Program-made: the position numbers and the translations under genes
Virus record (IMG/VR): IMGVR_UViG_3300012665_000925
Location: 63,624 to 127,623 of that record
Length of the DNA: 64,000 nt
Source of the DNA: a virus
Reading direction: 5' to 3' (one strand)
Part shown: one piece after another, positions 59,533 to 64,000 of the stretch
Position numbering within the stretch: position 1 is the first letter of the stretch
Layout: the number at the start of each line of letters is the position of its first letter
The notes under the pieces: model-generated
Seen by the model: the letters and a program-made list of their open reading frames with translations, nothing else
Told to the model about the DNA's origin: nothing
Databases searched by the model: none

Positions 59533-59766
59533 CCCCTGATAGACCCAACGAGGGTATTGCCCCCCTTTCCCCTCGTTGATGAGAAGACCCCCGAGTTCAG
59601 ACTTGGGGGTTTTCGCTTTCCCTGTTCGGTTCACGGGACGTATTCGTTTTTTCCCTAGACGAGATGACGCCAGTTTGGGAGTTTGCTTTTGTCTGTGGTA
59701 GCGAGTAGAATTGACCTTGTAGTCAGGACGACAAGGGGTCGGAGGGCTACGTTGAAAGGGGTTCAG

Positions 59767-59958
59767 ATGTTTACTCTGAACACAACGGCGGGACACGCTG
59801 TCATCAACGGACTAGGACAGATTCTTCTGTTCGCTACTTGGGCACAGGCTAACGCCTACGCCGAGGCAAGTGAGGAGTTGCGTGGTCGCGTTTCACCTTA
59901 CTTGACCTACGCACCAGAGCCTCTGGTTGCCGAGGAAGTGGTTGAGCAGTTCATCTAG
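59767..59958 (+). CDS. hypothetical protein
   Basis: cassette ORF. Confidence 0.55.
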   Translation: MFTLNTTAGHAVINGLGQILLFATWAQANAYAEASEELRGRVSPYLTYAPEPLVAEEVVEQFI

Positions 59959-60156
59959 GACTGACCAGCGAGAGCCTCACCCTACGGGGTGGGGTTCTTC
60001 GCTTTTCTGGGTTGGGGCTAGTAATCTGAAAAAACGAATACGCACCTGCGGGGACACGGCTCGTCCAACTCGTCCCTTGATTTGACTTTGTCTGTGGTTA
60101 GGTGTAGGCTGGGTTTTACCAGCCGAAGAGTTCGGCGGTAGAAGGGGGCAGGGACT

Positions 60157-60609
60157 ATGTCCAAGCCAGCAAGCGAAAAGCAGATTGCTTTTCTTTCCAC
60201 ACTCGCGAGCGAGCGAGTTCACGAGTTAGCGATTGACTTCGCGGCTCTAACATCAGGTCAGGCGTCAAGCCTGATTGAAACCCTATTGGGTTCTCCACGC
60301 AAGACTGGCGGTTCGGTTGAGCGTATTACCGAAGAAGGTATGTATCAAAACGCGGGTGGCGACATCTTCCGCGTCCAGACTTCACGCCAGTCTGGCAACC
60401 TATACGCAAAGCGTCTTGACGTCTTTGACGGCGGTTTCATCTACGAGCCAGGGGCTCTCCGCAACATCAAGCCAAGCGACCGCCTAAGCGTTGAGCAGGC
60501 TAAGGCTCTGGGCGTTCAGTATGGTTTCTGTATCGTCTGCGGTATCTTGCTTACCGACCCTAAGAGCGTTGAGCAGGGTATCGGTCCTGTGTGTATCAAG
60601 CGTGTCTAA
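60157..60609 (+). CDS. DUF6011-like zinc-finger protein
   Basis: ASEKQ.AF N-term; CIVCG..LTDP.S...GIGPVC. Confidence 0.7.
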   Translation: MSKPASEKQIAFLSTLASERVHELAIDFAALTSGQASSLIETLLGSPRKTGGSVERITEEGMYQNAGGDIFRVQTSRQSGNLYAKRLDVFDGGFIYEPGALRNIKPSDRLSVEQAKALGVQYGFCIVCGILLTDPKSVEQGIGPVCIKRV

Positions 60610-60806
60610 CGCAAGTTAGTCAAGACCCCCTTGCCAAACGGCAGGGGGGTTTTCCTTTTGCTAGTGCGAAGTTGCCAGCATCACGGATAGTATTCGTTTT
60701 TTCCCTAGTGTTCGGCTCGTGTGGTGGGGACTTGCTTTTGTCTGTGGGGTGTGGCATAATTGAGGGGTGGGCAACCCTGCTCACCACCAACTCAAAGGGG
60801 CTTCAA

Positions 60807-61055
60807 ATGTCTACATTCTTCAACTCAACCACCACCCTAACCACCCTTATCCAGTCAGTAGACGCTGACGGAGTTGGCACAACCTACCGAGGTTATGACC
60901 GATTCCCTGTGGGACACGACTACTACTTGGAGAGTGAGTGCGATGTCTGTAATGGCGAGGAGGCTGTCGCTCGCCTCGTTGATACAGATGAGGGCGTCTG
61001 CGAGGACTGCCGTCAGGAAGCGAAAGAGGGTGGCGACAAGTTCGCCAAACTCTAG
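60807..61055 (+). CDS. hypothetical zinc-finger protein
   Basis: CDVC, CEDC. Confidence 0.55.
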   Translation: MSTFFNSTTTLTTLIQSVDADGVGTTYRGYDRFPVGHDYYLESECDVCNGEEAVARLVDTDEGVCEDCRQEAKEGGDKFAKL

Positions 61056-61203
61056 GCTCACCACGCTTGCTTCGCTTCGGCGAAGTTTGCGTGTTCGTGT
61101 AGCGTATTCGTTTTTCCAGCGTGGCTTGCGGATAAGGCTGTGGACTTGACTTTGTCGTAGCAGTATGATAGACTGGTGGCACACCAGTTGAAAGGGGTTT
61201 CAA

Positions 61204-61371
61204 ATGAACAAGTTAGAAGTTGCTCGCCTAAAGGCAGAGCGTGAAGTCTTGGCTTCACTATTGCGTGAGCGTTCACGCTCTAACGCTTCGGGCGTTCACG
61301 GCAACAAAGGAACAAAGAGAGCCAACACTCGTTCGGCTCGTAAATCAAAGGCACTAAAGGAGTGGGCATAA
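61204..61371 (+). CDS. small basic protein
   Basis: 55 aa, SD GAAAGGGG. Confidence 0.55.
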   Translation: MNKLEVARLKAEREVLASLLRERSRSNASGVHGNKGTKRANTRSARKSKALKEWA

Positions 61372-61682
61372 TGGAACTAACACCAACAGAACAAAGTGCG
61401 GTAAAAGCAATTTACAGCGATTACCACATTGGTGCGATGTCTGCGGACGAAGCACTCTACGAACTAGAGCAACTCATCAACAAGTAGGACTAACAAGTAA
61501 AGACCCCCTAGATGAAAGTCTGCGGGGTTTTTTCTTTGCCCTGCGTCTGTGGGACGTATTCGTTTTTTCAGGCTTATACGGAAGCAAGTGGCGTTGGCTT
61601 GACTTTTCACTAAGAGAGTGTTAGACTACTTATGTAGTCAGGAAGCCAAGGTGGTTGAGGACTACACGAAAGGGCAATCAAG

Positions 61683-62006
61683 ATGACCAACATCAAGATT
61701 ACTTGGGTATCAAAGGGATACTTGGGCGAGCACAGGGACGAAACTATCCTTGACCTAATCAACAAGGGCTACGATGTTCGTGGCAACGCAACAGCTGAAC
61801 TGGAGTTTGACTTTCCAGAGGGCGACAGAGAAATCTGTAATGCCGTATTCAGCAACACCAACCACTACGCTGGTAAGTTCTGGGACGCACTACAAGAAGT
61901 TATCCCTGCGGACAGACCACACACCGCACTAAGCATTGGCGACAAGGTTGCCATTGACGGACGAGAGTATGTGTGTAGCGAAATCGGTTTCACGCTAGTC
62001 GCCTAG
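61683..62006 (+). CDS. hypothetical protein
   Basis: HTALSIGD.V motif. Confidence 0.6.
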   Translation: MTNIKITWVSKGYLGEHRDETILDLINKGYDVRGNATAELEFDFPEGDREICNAVFSNTNHYAGKFWDALQEVIPADRPHTALSIGDKVAIDGREYVCSEIGFTLVA

Positions 62007-62179
62007 CCAAACCTGCGGAGAGCCACTACCCGAAAGGGCAGTGGTTTTTCTGCGTTTGGGTTGCGGTTGAATGTATTCGTTTTTTCCTTGATGACGCCGT
62101 AGCAGTTTGGCGATTTGACTTGGGGGCTATTTTGATGTAGACTTGTGATGTAATCAAACGATTACACGAAAGGGAGATT

Positions 62180-62362
62180 ATGTTTAGAGAGCAAGCAGGG
62201 GACGACCAGCAAGCAGAACTATTCGCTATGGGTCTAATCAAAGAACCAAAGGACTACGGAACACTAATGCTTGTTCCTTGTCGCCACAAAGTATTCTGCC
62301 GAACTCACGGAACATTCTGGCTACGCTTGAGATTTCTCAAGTCAGGAAAGATTTTCTTCTAA
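62180..62362 (+). CDS. hypothetical protein
   Basis: cassette ORF. Confidence 0.5.
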   Translation: MFREQAGDDQQAELFAMGLIKEPKDYGTLMLVPCRHKVFCRTHGTFWLRLRFLKSGKIFF

Positions 62363-62441
62363 CCTACTTGACTTTGTCTTAGGTAAGTGGTAAGATTGTC
62401 TTAGACAACCAAATAGGTTGCTAGAAAGAAAAGGGAAACAA

Positions 62442-62645
62442 ATGGAAGTAAAGTATCCAGAAGTCAAGAAAGTCAAACTAGTTGGCGAAGACGGAAATGC
62501 GTTTGCTATTCTGGGGCGTGTAATGAAAGCAATGAAAGTTGCTGGACTACCGAAAGAAGTTGTAGACGCTTACTACGCGGAAGCCACGAGTGGCGACTAC
62601 GACCACTTGCTACAAACCACTCTCCGTTGGGTGCGGACTAAGTAG
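62442..62645 (+). CDS. conserved small phage protein
   Basis: LVGEDGNAFAILG....A.SGDYDHLL. Confidence 0.7.
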   Translation: MEVKYPEVKKVKLVGEDGNAFAILGRVMKAMKVAGLPKEVVDAYYAEATSGDYDHLLQTTLRWVRTK

Positions 62646-62850
62646 AACCCGCCGAGTTGTCGGACACAACTCAAAAAGCCCTCTCGCTCACACACGGCGA
62701 GGGGGTTTTCTTTTCTCCGTGCTAATGCGAAGTTGCGGAAGCATCGTGAAAAAACGAATACTCTGGCTGGCGTGGCGACTTGACTTTGTCTGCCGTCTAT
62801 GTTAGACTACTTATGTAGTCAAAAAGATTACTTGATAAAGGGAGAAGCAA

Positions 62851-63072
62851 ATGGACACAGTAAGCGATTGGTCAAAGAACTTTGAACAGCGTTGGGACGA
62901 GTATGTTCTAGAAAAGACGACAGACGAACTTCAGAGCGAGGGCGACAGCCTGAACTATCACTTTGAGGACTGTGCCGAGGGCGGCCACGGCATTAGCACC
63001 AAAGACTCAATCCGTATGGACCGCATTGAGAAAGAACTTCTACGCCGAGGCAAGAGGCCTTGCTGGAAATAA
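62851..63072 (+). CDS. hypothetical protein
   Basis: cassette ORF. Confidence 0.55.
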   Translation: MDTVSDWSKNFEQRWDEYVLEKTTDELQSEGDSLNYHFEDCAEGGHGISTKDSIRMDRIEKELLRRGKRPCWK

Positions 63073-63253
63073 CTTCCAACTAAGAAAGCCGTCAGCCGAA
63101 AGGTTGGCGGTTTTTTTTATTATTTTTTTTTTCTGCGGGCGTATTCGTTTTTTCACCAACAACACGCCGCTTCGTATTGGCATTTGACTTTGTCGGTGTA
63201 TCGTGTTAGACTACTTGTGTAGTCAGAAAGATTACTTGATGAAAGGGAAACAA

Positions 63254-63406
63254 ATGAGCGAACAGCAGGAAACCCGCGAGCAGATGATTGCCCGCCTAAT
63301 CCGAGAGGAAGCCCAAGCGGAGCGTATGTTTGAACTCCGTGCTGCTTTCGGCGACGAGGAAGAGGTTGTAAACATCCTCACTGGTGAGAGAACTCGCCTA
63401 CGCTAA
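63254..63406 (+). CDS. hypothetical protein
   Basis: ELRAAFG..VVNILTG motif. Confidence 0.6.
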   Translation: MSEQQETREQMIARLIREEAQAERMFELRAAFGDEEEVVNILTGERTRLR

Positions 63407-63595
63407 ACCACGACAGCGAGCCCCCTACTGAAAAGTGGGGGGCTTCTTCGTTTCTGTTTTTTATGCGGTGCGTGTGTGTTCTGAAAAAACGAATACTTAC
63501 GGGGACGCGGGTAGGTATGGCGACTTGACTTTGTCTGTCGTGCGTGGTAAACTACATTTGTAGTTGAAAACAGCAACTACGAAAGGGAAGAAGAA

Positions 63596-63865
63596 ATGAC
63601 CACTGTTACACCAAACGAAGCAAAGTGCGGAATGCCAGCAACCTACGCAATTGGCAGCGACTCATACGCAACCGAAGTTACCGCTGTTTACCGCTTTGCT
63701 TCTGGCGAGCGTAAGGGACAGGTTCGTGCTGTTGAAGCAGGTAGTTACGGATTGTTCACACTTCGTATCAAGGGACGCAAAGCAGGACGCCTAATCCGTC
63801 AGGGTGGCGACCACGGGACCCTGCGTCTAGGCGAAGCCATTAGTTATTGGGACCCTAGTTTCTAG
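63596..63865 (+). CDS. hypothetical protein
   Basis: ATY.IGSDSY...YWDPSF. Confidence 0.6.
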   Translation: MTTVTPNEAKCGMPATYAIGSDSYATEVTAVYRFASGERKGQVRAVEAGSYGLFTLRIKGRKAGRLIRQGGDHGTLRLGEAISYWDPSF

Positions 63866-63876
63866 GTTCCCCCTGA

Positions 63877-63908
63877 AAGCCCCCTGATAAAAGTCAGGGG
63901 GTTTTTTC
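63877..63908 (+). terminator. intrinsic terminator
   Basis: CCCCCTGA-taaaag-TCAGGGGG-TTTTTT. Confidence 0.8.
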
Positions 63909-64000
63909 ACGCACGGCTTTTTTTTTTTTTTTTTTTTTTTTTTTTTGTTTTTTTTTTTTTTTTTCTGTTTTTTGTTGCTTGGGGTTTTGGTCTTGCTTTT

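Larger units (their letters stand above)
39824..63496. repeat. dispersed 14-bp box GTATTCGTTTTTTC, 35 intergenic copies
   Basis: Forward starts 43765, 45929, 46573, 47713, 48372, 49326, 49721, 50235, 50851, 51568, 52320, 52618, 53179, 53621, 54204, 54725, 55364, 55868 (ends T), 56421, 56987, 57376, 57741, 58149, 58740, 59165, 59640, 60690, 61104 (T5), 61556, 62073, 63141; inverted at 39824, 60028, 62748, 63483. Confidence 0.97.

Noticed and set aside
43832-62006. Several cassette proteins ending in Ala as Clp degrons
   Set aside because: About seven cases with single-residue matches; cannot be distinguished from chance without a count against background
43765-63496. 14-bp repeats as a CRISPR array or integron attC array
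   Set aside because: The repeat is too short and non-palindromic, the spacers are whole transcription units of variable length, no cas or tyrosine integrase gene is seen, and position is fixed relative to promoters rather than gene ends
63918-64000. Long poly-T run
   Set aside because: Low-complexity homopolymer at the window end; most likely an assembly or sequencing artefact

Overview
A 64-kb piece of a large tailed dsDNA phage that most likely infects an actinobacterium (WhiB, DUF3039, NrdH, actinobacterial-type SSB, a ClgR-like regulator and many leaderless genes). No capsid, portal or large terminase gene is recognisable here. Bases 1-39.7 kb carry replication and nucleotide genes (primase-polymerase/helicase, dNMP kinase fusion, ThyX), a serine recombinase, tail and fibre genes, sugar-handling enzymes and two lysin-like genes. 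They also carry a tmRNA, three tRNAs, probable ncRNAs and a B12 module (NrdJ, PduO, a transcobalamin-like protein and NrdH). Bases 39.8-63.9 kb are a co-directional, early-type region made of about 35 mostly single-gene cassettes. The usual cassette is terminator, a near-invariant 14-bp box GTATTCGTTTTTTC (35 copies, 4 inverted), a sigmaA-type promoter, a 5' hairpin, an SD and a short ORF. The box-to-promoter distance falls into helical-turn classes (about 33, 43, 54 and 64 bp). This puts the box centre near -61.5, -71.5, -82.5 and -92.5, the geometry of class I activator sites. A second operator-like motif and anti-SD loop hairpins occur in the same region. Protein calls come from motif recognition by eye, and all counts are manual.
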